From an uncultured Clostridia bacterium (lineage in GTDB: Bacteria > Bacillota > Clostridia > Christensenellales > Borkfalkiaceae): DNA of 64,000 nt. Positions 54,510 through 62,743 of the stretch are shown here, piece by piece. Position numbers and translations under genes: made by a program. Every line of letters begins with the position of its first letter. Within the stretch, counting starts at the first letter, position 1. The stretch covers positions 38,576 to 102,575 of the forward strand of contig CAYZTP010000001.1 of the NCBI GenBank assembly GCA_964481555.1. The letters are read 5' to 3'. The notes under the pieces were generated by a model. The model was not told the DNA's origin. It saw nothing but the letters and a program-made list of their open reading frames with translations, and did no database searches.

Positions 54510-54538
54510 ATAATAACTTATTTTATTCCGCTTGTCAA
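54510..54538 (-). promoter_or_regulatory. sigmaA promoter of the polyamine operon
   Basis: Minus strand reads TTGACA (54533-54538), 17-nt spacer, TATTAT (54510-54515). It lies about 245 nt upstream of the speA ATG. Confidence 0.7.
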
Positions 54539-54623
54539 GCAAAATAAAAAAAATTTCACGGTTTTAACAAATTATGTGCAAATTTACGAAATTTGACCCG
54601 ACTTGTATAGACATTTCTGTAAT

Positions 54624-55037
54624 TTACGGAAAAAAACGCTTGCCGAGGCGCGTCGCCCACCCCTCGAACCATACCGAATCGTAAGGAGAAAAATCGCGTT
54701 TTCCACGCCGAAATTGAAATCTTCTTACCCAATATCGGATCGCGGAAGGGATACACACCAAAAAAGGCATAAAAAATCCGAGCATTAAATTCTGCAAACC
54801 GTGACCCGCTTCGTGTTGCAAAATAGAAACCGACGGATTTTTGTTGACAACAAAAAAGCCGCCGAATTCCGAACCTCCCCACCGCTCTCCCAATTCGAAA
54901 TACAGATTATAAGAAAAGCGTTTGGGTCTATGTCCCGTAAGAATCAACGCAAGCGCGACGACCGCGCCCAAGAGCGTCATCGGAAGTCCCCAGCTCAGAG
55001 AAACCAACCAATACAAAATGATTTTTAATACTCGCAT
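54624..55037 (-). CDS. small membrane protein with HExxH motif (hypothetical)
   Basis: 137 aa, 3-4 TM helices and LQHEAGHGLQN. The ATG at 55037 begins 1 nt after the upstream stop. Confidence 0.5.
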   Translation of the reverse strand: MRVLKIILYWLVSLSWGLPMTLLGAVVALALILTGHRPKRFSYNLYFELGERWGGSEFGGFFVVNKNPSVSILQHEAGHGLQNLMLGFFMPFLVCIPSAIRYWVRRFQFRRGKRDFSPYDSVWFEGWATRLGKRFFP

Positions 55038-55038
55038 T

Positions 55039-56364
55039 TTAACAATAATATCCGCAGGCAAACAACCACTGATCATCCTCCGCCGCGTCGTACCAATATT
55101 CCGCCCAGCCTCTGCCGTCCATAAACAAAGCGTTTTTCACCGCGTAGCCCTGTAAAAAGTCTTTCAGTTCTTTTGTTACGGGATACACCCCGTCCGTATT
55201 GCAATGCGTCGCATAGACCGAAACGAGATATCCGTAATCCTTATCGTCTATACTATACACGCCGCGGATAGAACGGTCTCCGCTTCCGCTTTCCAACTCG
55301 GAAAAAGCTTTGTCGATTACGATGGTTTTCTGTGAAATTTTCGCGCACAGTACATAAAGAAGATCCCCCGTATCGGGATCGATGCGGTAATAATAACCGT
55401 CGTCGGGATGAAACGCGTAATAACTTCCGTCGAGAAGCCCGTCGTTGTCGGCATACGTCCAAGTGAGATCGGAATAATCGCTGAAAACTCCGTTCACATT
55501 ATATTTTCCGTTTGCAAAGTCTTCCGTCGGATTCACGGTATCGGCGGCGGGTTTCTGTTCCGAAGCGTAGTCTCCCGTTCGGGTTACGATAAAATCGACA
55601 ACGACGGGAAAAGCGCCGTCTCGGCTGTCCGCACGGACGGCAAATCCGTAAGAAGTTCCCAACGACTCCGAAGATAAATTTATCGTATATTTAAAGTTTT
55701 TGGTATAAGTCGAACTGTTTCCGCCGCCGTTGATCGTTCCTTGATAAATGCGGTAAGATTTATTATCCGTATAATAATCGAGAATGGGATTCACATCGTT
55801 TGCGGCGGTATCGACAAGACTTTCGATGACATACGTCCCGCTTTCTTTCGGCTCGAACGCAAAAAGAATACCGTCTTTCGCCCTGCTCTCTATGATTTCC
55901 GCGCGGTAAGCGCCTTCCGTTACGATGACGTTTTGGTTATTATACCACTGCGTGCCGCCGTCGATAAATTCGGTAACAGAAAACAACTCGATCGTAATAT
56001 CTTTCCTGTCGTTCGTCGCAACATACCCGTTGGGATCGTATGTGTATCCGTCGGGAAGAGCCGATATCGTTACACGGTAATCCCCGTCTAACCCCGCGCA
56101 GCTTGCAACGCCTGTTTCGTCGAACGCAGCGGAGAAATAACTCACTCCGTCCGTCCATTGCGCCGAAATCGCCGTATCGGGAATAAAAGTCTCCCCGTCC
56201 GCTTTCAAATTGACTCTAAACGGCTCCTCCGAAGACGTTCCTCCCGGCGGCTCCTCTTGTCCGGGCGTCAGCGGACTAGAAGGCGTCGGTTCGGTATAGG
56301 TGCAGGCGGTAACGCACGCCGCCAACGCAAAGGTCAGCGCGATGGTAAAAATCTTTTTTTTCAT
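55039..56364 (-). CDS. hypothetical lipoprotein (441 aa)
   Basis: Lipobox LAACVTAC followed by a Pro/Gly/Ser linker and beta-rich sequence. It overlaps the upstream gene by 4 nt. Confidence 0.6.
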   Translation of the reverse strand: MKKKIFTIALTFALAACVTACTYTEPTPSSPLTPGQEEPPGGTSSEEPFRVNLKADGETFIPDTAISAQWTDGVSYFSAAFDETGVASCAGLDGDYRVTISALPDGYTYDPNGYVATNDRKDITIELFSVTEFIDGGTQWYNNQNVIVTEGAYRAEIIESRAKDGILFAFEPKESGTYVIESLVDTAANDVNPILDYYTDNKSYRIYQGTINGGGNSSTYTKNFKYTINLSSESLGTSYGFAVRADSRDGAFPVVVDFIVTRTGDYASEQKPAADTVNPTEDFANGKYNVNGVFSDYSDLTWTYADNDGLLDGSYYAFHPDDGYYYRIDPDTGDLLYVLCAKISQKTIVIDKAFSELESGSGDRSIRGVYSIDDKDYGYLVSVYATHCNTDGVYPVTKELKDFLQGYAVKNALFMDGRGWAEYWYDAAEDDQWLFACGYYC

Positions 56365-59024
56365 TCCTTTCCCCTCCCGAACAAACTTTTAATATCGCTC
56401 CAACGAAGTTTCCTTACGATAATATCCGTAACAAACAATACGGCGCACAAGGTCAACAGCGGCACGGTAAGATCAATCACGTACATACCCGCTTCCGAAT
56501 CGTTGTTTTCCAAAGAAATATTTCCGTCTAAACTTACCGTTCCGTCTCCTCCGACGCTCTTTACCAATACGGACGAATCGTACACGGCAAAGCTATCGTA
56601 TTCGGGCAGATAAGAGCGATAATAATCGATCGTCGCAGTATAATCGTTTCCGCCGTACGAATAGGCGATTGCAAGCTTATAAGATCCGGCTTTCCCCAAT
56701 TCGAACGTACAGACATAAACGGATTGCTCCAACGAGAACGTATCCGAAACGGTATCTGCGGGGAAGGAAGCCGACGGCAGCGTAACGGTAATCTGCGCCG
56801 TTGCGTCCGCATGAAGCTCGGCGGGAGTTAGCGTAACGGTCGCTTTATTTCCCTCTATCGAAAGCGCCAACGCGTAAGGATAATCGATCCGTTCGGAAGG
56901 CGTATTTGTAGAAATTACGTTTGAAACGAAAAGTTCGTCAAGCCCCGAATTTTGCCAACCGAGCAGCCAATCGCCCGTAAGCGTACTCGTAAAAGAGGCA
57001 GCTTTTCCGTTGCCGTAAGTCCAATACGCATAAAGAGGCGTCGTTACGGTTCCGCCGTTCGATTTTGTATAATCCACTGTAAGCACGACGTTTGCGCTCG
57101 CTTTTGCTTTTCCAACGTAAAAACCGTTCACATACGCGCCGCTCATATCGAGTCCGGAAAGCACGTCGTCGTATCTCCGGTTGATTTTCACCGCAGTCTC
57201 CGATTCGATTTTTGATTCCGTCATATCGTCGGCAATATCGCCGAACATGATTCCGTCAAGTTGGGAAGGATCGTAACAGTAATAATAATTTCCGCCTCCC
57301 GCCGCGCAAATCTCCTGCAAAAGCGCTTGTCCCGTCGTTGCGGCGTCGTCTCCCGATTTTCCTACCCCCAAAGTCGAAACCGTGATACCGTTTTGATACA
57401 TTTCCTCCGCGACGGATACGGGATCCTCCGGCTCGTTGCCGAAAGAAAGACCGTCGCTGATCAGCATTACCTGTTTTTCGCTGTAATCGAGGTTTGCGAT
57501 ACTATCCAGCGCCGTCCGTAATCCTTTTCCGATCAACGTTCCCTGCAAGGGCTGCAAATTGTTGAGCATTTTTATCACGGAATCGCTCTCGTCCGCCACG
57601 GAGACGGGAGGATAAACAAGATACGCCGAATCGCCGTAAAAATTAAACACGCACACATAATCCCCGTCGTTCAAAAGTCCCACGAGTTGCGCCGCAGCCT
57701 GTTTTGCGATAATCAATCGGTTATCGATCTGCATACTGCGCGACGAATCGATCACGAGAGCGTAAAGTTTCGGATCTTGATCGTTGTTACCGTAACGAAC
57801 GGGCAGCATATCGTCAAGTTGCGTCAATTCTTCCTCCGTGCGGTTTTGAATACTCAAATTTCCGAACGTGAGAAGACTCTTTCCAAAGAGCGAAACGACC
57901 GTATCGAGACTGCTCATGAACATGGCGGCGTTCGTAAGCGTACTCACGTCTACGTTCGAAAGTACGATTTCGTCGTACAAGCACAAATCTTCCACGCTAT
58001 ACGGCACGTTTTTATCGTTCACATAGGCTTCAATCTCGCAATCCTCTCCAAACAGAATTTGCGCCGCTTCGTAATCTTCCTTTTGGTCGGTAATCAACAA
58101 TATGCGCGCTGTACCGGTAATAGTTTGCGTAAAATAGCAGCTGTTATTATAATAAGAAGTATCCCCGTCCTTTTCTTCGGCGGTTACGCGCACTTCGTAG
58201 ACGAACGTTCCCGTCGCCGACGTATCGAGCGCAAAACTGACCGTGTTCGATCCCGCGGAAAGCGCGACCGCTTTTTGGGAAAGAGGCTGCGCTTCGCCGA
58301 TACGGTAAAGCTCCGCAGTTACGTTGGCACGGTAGCTGCTTTGCAATACGGCGACTGCCGTTTCTTCATGATTCAAATAGGTATTGGAAGCGGCGTCTAC
58401 GCTCGCGACCTGCACTTCTTTCACGTTTTCGTCGATATTATCGTTCAAATATATCGCGTCTACATGAATATTATCCGCGCGCAAACGCTCGATCGTTCGT
58501 TTCAACGTGGAATCGCTCGATTCCGTCTGACCGCCGTCCGTTATGAGTACGATTCTTTTGATCGCGTCGTCTTTGAATAACGAAGAGGTATATTCGAGCG
58601 CGTTCACGATATCCGTCCCGCTCGCATCCACCGCGGCTTCGCTCACGCTTTTTACCGATCCGCCGAGTCCCGTTAAAAGTTCCGCGTCCTTGCCGAAACA
58701 TACGATTCCGAATTTGGAATTGCGCGGAAGGGATTTTCGCACGTTTTCGATATAGTCGTCCAGGGTATCGAGATTATTGTACGCCGAATAAGAAACGTCC
58801 GCCACGACAAACACGTCCGTCTCCGTAATTACGGTAACAATCGACGTCCCCGCCGCCGCAAACGCTACAAAAATCGCCATTAAAATATGAAAAACAAACG
58901 ACGCGACGTTGTGCTTGTTTGCGTTTTCCTTTTTTACCGCCGCAAAAAAAGGAACCGTCACGACAGCGGCTAAGGGAATCGCAATCAATAAAAGATAGAT
59001 ATTATCGAAGCTGATACTGCTCAT
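56361..59024 (-). CDS. membrane-anchored protein with two VWA domains
   Basis: N-terminal TM pair and C-terminal TM. MIDAS motifs VADVSYS and VIDSSRSM, with downstream LITDG and LISDG. Confidence 0.75.
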   Translation of the reverse strand: MSSISFDNIYLLLIAIPLAAVVTVPFFAAVKKENANKHNVASFVFHILMAIFVAFAAAGTSIVTVITETDVFVVADVSYSAYNNLDTLDDYIENVRKSLPRNSKFGIVCFGKDAELLTGLGGSVKSVSEAAVDASGTDIVNALEYTSSLFKDDAIKRIVLITDGGQTESSDSTLKRTIERLRADNIHVDAIYLNDNIDENVKEVQVASVDAASNTYLNHEETAVAVLQSSYRANVTAELYRIGEAQPLSQKAVALSAGSNTVSFALDTSATGTFVYEVRVTAEEKDGDTSYYNNSCYFTQTITGTARILLITDQKEDYEAAQILFGEDCEIEAYVNDKNVPYSVEDLCLYDEIVLSNVDVSTLTNAAMFMSSLDTVVSLFGKSLLTFGNLSIQNRTEEELTQLDDMLPVRYGNNDQDPKLYALVIDSSRSMQIDNRLIIAKQAAAQLVGLLNDGDYVCVFNFYGDSAYLVYPPVSVADESDSVIKMLNNLQPLQGTLIGKGLRTALDSIANLDYSEKQVMLISDGLSFGNEPEDPVSVAEEMYQNGITVSTLGVGKSGDDAATTGQALLQEICAAGGGNYYYCYDPSQLDGIMFGDIADDMTESKIESETAVKINRRYDDVLSGLDMSGAYVNGFYVGKAKASANVVLTVDYTKSNGGTVTTPLYAYWTYGNGKAASFTSTLTGDWLLGWQNSGLDELFVSNVISTNTPSERIDYPYALALSIEGNKATVTLTPAELHADATAQITVTLPSASFPADTVSDTFSLEQSVYVCTFELGKAGSYKLAIAYSYGGNDYTATIDYYRSYLPEYDSFAVYDSSVLVKSVGGDGTVSLDGNISLENNDSEAGMYVIDLTVPLLTLCAVLFVTDIIVRKLRWSDIKSLFGRGKE

Positions 59025-60849
59025 AACAATACACCATCCAATCCGCCGCCATCAATACGGCAAGTATAAGAAATAATACGATCAGATCGTCGTACTTCCC
59101 GTCCCGCTTCTCCTCTTCCGCAACGCCTTCCAAACCGACGAAAAGCTCGGCTGCGTAGGGATTGCGTTCCGCTTCGGGTAACGCCGCAAAAACGGAATAT
59201 ACCTTTGCCGACTGTCCCGTCGTCATGGTAATCGTGTAAATACCCGCTTCGTTCAGTTTGTATTCGAACATTGCGTCCTCCGTATCGGGGTATTCCAAAT
59301 TTCCGAGCGGCGTCCGTATGCAAATGTTATCGCAATTTGATACCACGTTGACGAGAAGCGTATCGCCGCATTCGTATAACGCGTTTTCTATCGCTGCGGG
59401 AAACGTATAATCGAGAAGATTGCCCGCTAACGTGACAAAATCGGCGAGTACGGGAAAATTGGAATCCTGCAAATCGAAAGCGAACACAACCTCCCGATTG
59501 CCGTAAGCGTTCGTCCCCGTAAACACCAACGGACTTCCTCCGTAAGAAAGCAGCGTAGTGAACGTGCGGTATAAACCGCATTTCAAATACCTCGAAACGT
59601 AAACATTGCTCTTGATTACGCCTCGCAACAACGTTTTTACCGCCGTCGCGCTCGATGAAGTATAAGAGAGAAGTCCCGCACGGGATAGCTTGACCTCTTC
59701 CTGCACGGTAAAACCGGATTCGGATATGCTGCTTACGGGATTCACAATCCATATCGCGCCGTCTTTGGGAAGCGAATCGGGACTGAATCCGTCGAAAATA
59801 TACAAATCATAATCGCTTGCGCCAAGGTATTCCGTCGTGGACGAGAGTTCGATTCGGGCGTTTCCTGCGGACAGAAGCGCAGCTTGCAGATAAAAGGGAT
59901 TGTCGCTTACGAGAAGCGTTTTATAAGAATTTTCGTAATCGACGTTGAACGCCACGACCGTGTTATCCGCCGCAAGGGCGTCCTCGTTCGCAATCGAAAC
60001 CGTAAGCGATGTAAACTGTTCTATCCCGTCCAATTCAAACGCAAACGGAATAAATTCAAGCTTTTTTACGGAAAGCTCTATCGTTTTTAAAACCTCGGAA
60101 TCGTCTAAACAGAGTTCCAACGTAAGCAAAGCGTCGGACGTATAAGAAATAGCGCTGCCCTCCACCGTAAGCTTTCCCTCCGCATTTAGCTCGTAAACGA
60201 TATCCGTAAGCGCATAATTTTCTTCTCCCGCCGAAACGTCGATCGCTTCTAAATTCGACGTCGTTTCATAAGCTCTGTCCGTCACGAGATAGGTAAGAAC
60301 CGAGGGATTTTCGTCAAAAACTTTTTGCGCCGCTTCGATCGCGTCGGATAAATCTACGGCAAGAGAAGAAGCCTTAACGTCGCCGAGCAAGGAAAGCGCC
60401 GCATCCTTGCTTTCGATTTCCGCGTAAACAAGTTCCGTCGCGTCTCCCGCGCAAATCAGCGTATAAACGCTGCCTTTTGTCGAAGAAGATATGATCGCGG
60501 AAATTTTTTCTTTTCCGATATCCAACCGTGTTTTAGAACCCTGCGTCATATTCATACTGCCCGAAGCGTCGAGAATAAAACAGTAAGACTCAGCCGCATT
60601 CGGTATGGTAATCACAGGTCTTGCAAGCGCAAACGCAATCAAGATCACGACAAGGATCTGCAAAATCAAAGAAATCAATCCGGCGATCTTATGGATAGGG
60701 CGTTTTCGCTTAATAAACCGTTCGCTCAACGTCCACAAATAGGTAGACGGCACCACTTGTTCGGTATATTTGTTTTTGATGATATAAACGAGAATCAGTA
60801 CGGGAACGCCGATCAACGCAAGAAACCCGAGCGGATAGAGAAAACTCAT
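59002..60849 (-). CDS. BatA-like N-terminal double-TM plus VWA domain protein
   Basis: MSFLYPLGFLALIGVPVLILVYIIK (BatA_N-like), MIDAS motif ILDASGSM, and a C-terminal TM. Confidence 0.75.
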   Translation of the reverse strand: MSFLYPLGFLALIGVPVLILVYIIKNKYTEQVVPSTYLWTLSERFIKRKRPIHKIAGLISLILQILVVILIAFALARPVITIPNAAESYCFILDASGSMNMTQGSKTRLDIGKEKISAIISSSTKGSVYTLICAGDATELVYAEIESKDAALSLLGDVKASSLAVDLSDAIEAAQKVFDENPSVLTYLVTDRAYETTSNLEAIDVSAGEENYALTDIVYELNAEGKLTVEGSAISYTSDALLTLELCLDDSEVLKTIELSVKKLEFIPFAFELDGIEQFTSLTVSIANEDALAADNTVVAFNVDYENSYKTLLVSDNPFYLQAALLSAGNARIELSSTTEYLGASDYDLYIFDGFSPDSLPKDGAIWIVNPVSSISESGFTVQEEVKLSRAGLLSYTSSSATAVKTLLRGVIKSNVYVSRYLKCGLYRTFTTLLSYGGSPLVFTGTNAYGNREVVFAFDLQDSNFPVLADFVTLAGNLLDYTFPAAIENALYECGDTLLVNVVSNCDNICIRTPLGNLEYPDTEDAMFEYKLNEAGIYTITMTTGQSAKVYSVFAALPEAERNPYAAELFVGLEGVAEEEKRDGKYDDLIVLFLILAVLMAADWMVYCYEQYQLR

Positions 60850-61730
60850 TTCACAACCCCCATATCCGCCATTTTACCGAAGAACAATTCGACGACCGAT
60901 TCTTCCGAAGGCACAAGCAAATAATTCGCTCCGCGCGATAGACAAAAATCCCGAACGCGTCCCGTCGCATATTCCAAAGCCAGTTTATAGGCTTTTGCGA
61001 TCTCGCGGTTGATATCTTTTCGATAAAAACGCGCGGAGTTTTCCGAATCGAAAAAATGCACTTTACCGCGCACTTTGGGATTGAGCTCTTCTTTGGAAAG
61101 GATTTGCATACAAAACACGTCGCGCTTTTTTCCGACGAGATAGTCAATCGCGTCCTCGTAATTGTTATCCGTTAAAAAATCGGAAATGATTACGGAAGTC
61201 CCGTCGCCGTATCCCACGTTTTCGGGCAATAGCGCCTCGCTGAGATAGCTGTCGCCGCCGAATTCTATCGTATTCAGCTTTCCTATTTCGCCGATAAACG
61301 CGTCTCTCCCCAACATCCCCGTAATAACTGCAAAAACTTTTTTCTCTTTGACCGCATATACGGAAACCTTATCCATTCCGCTTACGGAAAGACAGGCGAT
61401 CGCCGCGGCGATTTTCAGCGCTTGTTCGTCTTTCTTTCCTTTTCCGAACGACATCGAGCGGCTCGCGTCGATATATATCTTCGTGTGCATCTGCCTTTCG
61501 TCAAGATACAATTTAAGATATAATTTTTCGAAGCGCGCATAAGCGTTCCAATCGATTTTGGCGATATCGTCGCCTGCAATATAATCGCGTAAATCGGCAA
61601 ATTCGCACGAGGAACCATACGTTTTCGTTTGATGATTCCCCCCGAACAGCCCCGCGACGTTGTTTTTTACGAGCATTTGCAACGTTTCAAGCTGTTGCAA
61701 AAACGCCTCGTCAATCACATAATTACTCAT
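60846..61730 (-). CDS. DUF58-domain protein
   Basis: DLRDYIAGDDIAKIDWNAYAR is the hallmark DUF58 motif. The position after MoxR is as expected. Confidence 0.85.
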   Translation of the reverse strand: MSNYVIDEAFLQQLETLQMLVKNNVAGLFGGNHQTKTYGSSCEFADLRDYIAGDDIAKIDWNAYARFEKLYLKLYLDERQMHTKIYIDASRSMSFGKGKKDEQALKIAAAIACLSVSGMDKVSVYAVKEKKVFAVITGMLGRDAFIGEIGKLNTIEFGGDSYLSEALLPENVGYGDGTSVIISDFLTDNNYEDAIDYLVGKKRDVFCMQILSKEELNPKVRGKVHFFDSENSARFYRKDINREIAKAYKLALEYATGRVRDFCLSRGANYLLVPSEESVVELFFGKMADMGVVK

Positions 61731-61733
61731 CGG

Positions 61734-62723
61734 TCATTTGTTTGATCTTTTATTTTCCGCAATCAACATTCCCACGATATCGTCGACGGTCAAACGCTCG
61801 TTCACCGCGCCGTATCCGATTTTGATTCTGTGCCGAAGCACGGGATAGGCAAGCGAATCGATATCTTCGTACGAAACGTTGTAATTACCGTTCATCAGCG
61901 CACGCACTTTCGCGCAGGTAATTAAAGCTTGCGCCGCACGGGGAGAAGCCCCGTATTTGATATATTTCTTTGCCGTAGACGACGTTTTTTCCAATTCCGG
62001 ATGGGTGTTCGAAACAAGATCTGCGGTATAGGAAAGGATCTCGTCGATCACGGGCACGCCCTTGGCAAGCTCCCGCATTTCGAGAATTTCCGCTCCGTCC
62101 GTAACCGCAGTCGCCGTTTCTGCCATCGTCGCTTGCGTCATGTTGACGATATCCTTTAATTCTTCCGCCGCGGGAAATTTCATGACGAGTTTGAACATGA
62201 AACGATCCATCTGCGCTTCCGGAAGCGGATACGTGCCGTCCTGTTCGATGGGGTTTTCGGTTGCAAGCACAAAAAACGGCTCGTCAAGCAAATAAGTATT
62301 GGTTCCTACGGTCACTTTATGCTCCTGCATCACTTCGAGTAACGCAGACTGTGTCTTCGGCGTGGCGCGATTGATTTCGTCCGCTAAAATGAGATTCGCA
62401 AATATCGGTCCGCGGCGAAAAATCGTGTTCATTTTTCCGTTTTCGTCCTTTTCGATCACGTTCGTACCGGTAACGTCGGAAGGCATTAAATCGGGCGTAA
62501 ACTGGATTCTTGAAAAAGGAAGGTTGAGCGTCTGGCTTAAAGAACGCACCAACCGGGTTTTCCCGACGCCGGGAACGCCTTCCAACAAAACGTTGCCGCC
62601 CGCGATAATCGCAACGATCACGTTTTCGACGATATCTTCCTGTCCCACGACGTCCTTGCGAAGCTCTTCGCGGATTTTTTCAACCGACCGGCTGAATTTT
62701 AACACTTTTTCTTTGCTTTCCAT
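61734..62723 (-). CDS. MoxR-family AAA+ ATPase
   Basis: Walker A EGVPGVGKT, Walker B ILADEINRATPKTQSALLEVMQE. 329 aa. Confidence 0.92.
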   Translation of the reverse strand: MESKEKVLKFSRSVEKIREELRKDVVGQEDIVENVIVAIIAGGNVLLEGVPGVGKTRLVRSLSQTLNLPFSRIQFTPDLMPSDVTGTNVIEKDENGKMNTIFRRGPIFANLILADEINRATPKTQSALLEVMQEHKVTVGTNTYLLDEPFFVLATENPIEQDGTYPLPEAQMDRFMFKLVMKFPAAEELKDIVNMTQATMAETATAVTDGAEILEMRELAKGVPVIDEILSYTADLVSNTHPELEKTSSTAKKYIKYGASPRAAQALITCAKVRALMNGNYNVSYEDIDSLAYPVLRHRIKIGYGAVNERLTVDDIVGMLIAENKRSNK

Positions 62724-62743
62724 ATTGTTGATTCCTTTTTTAG

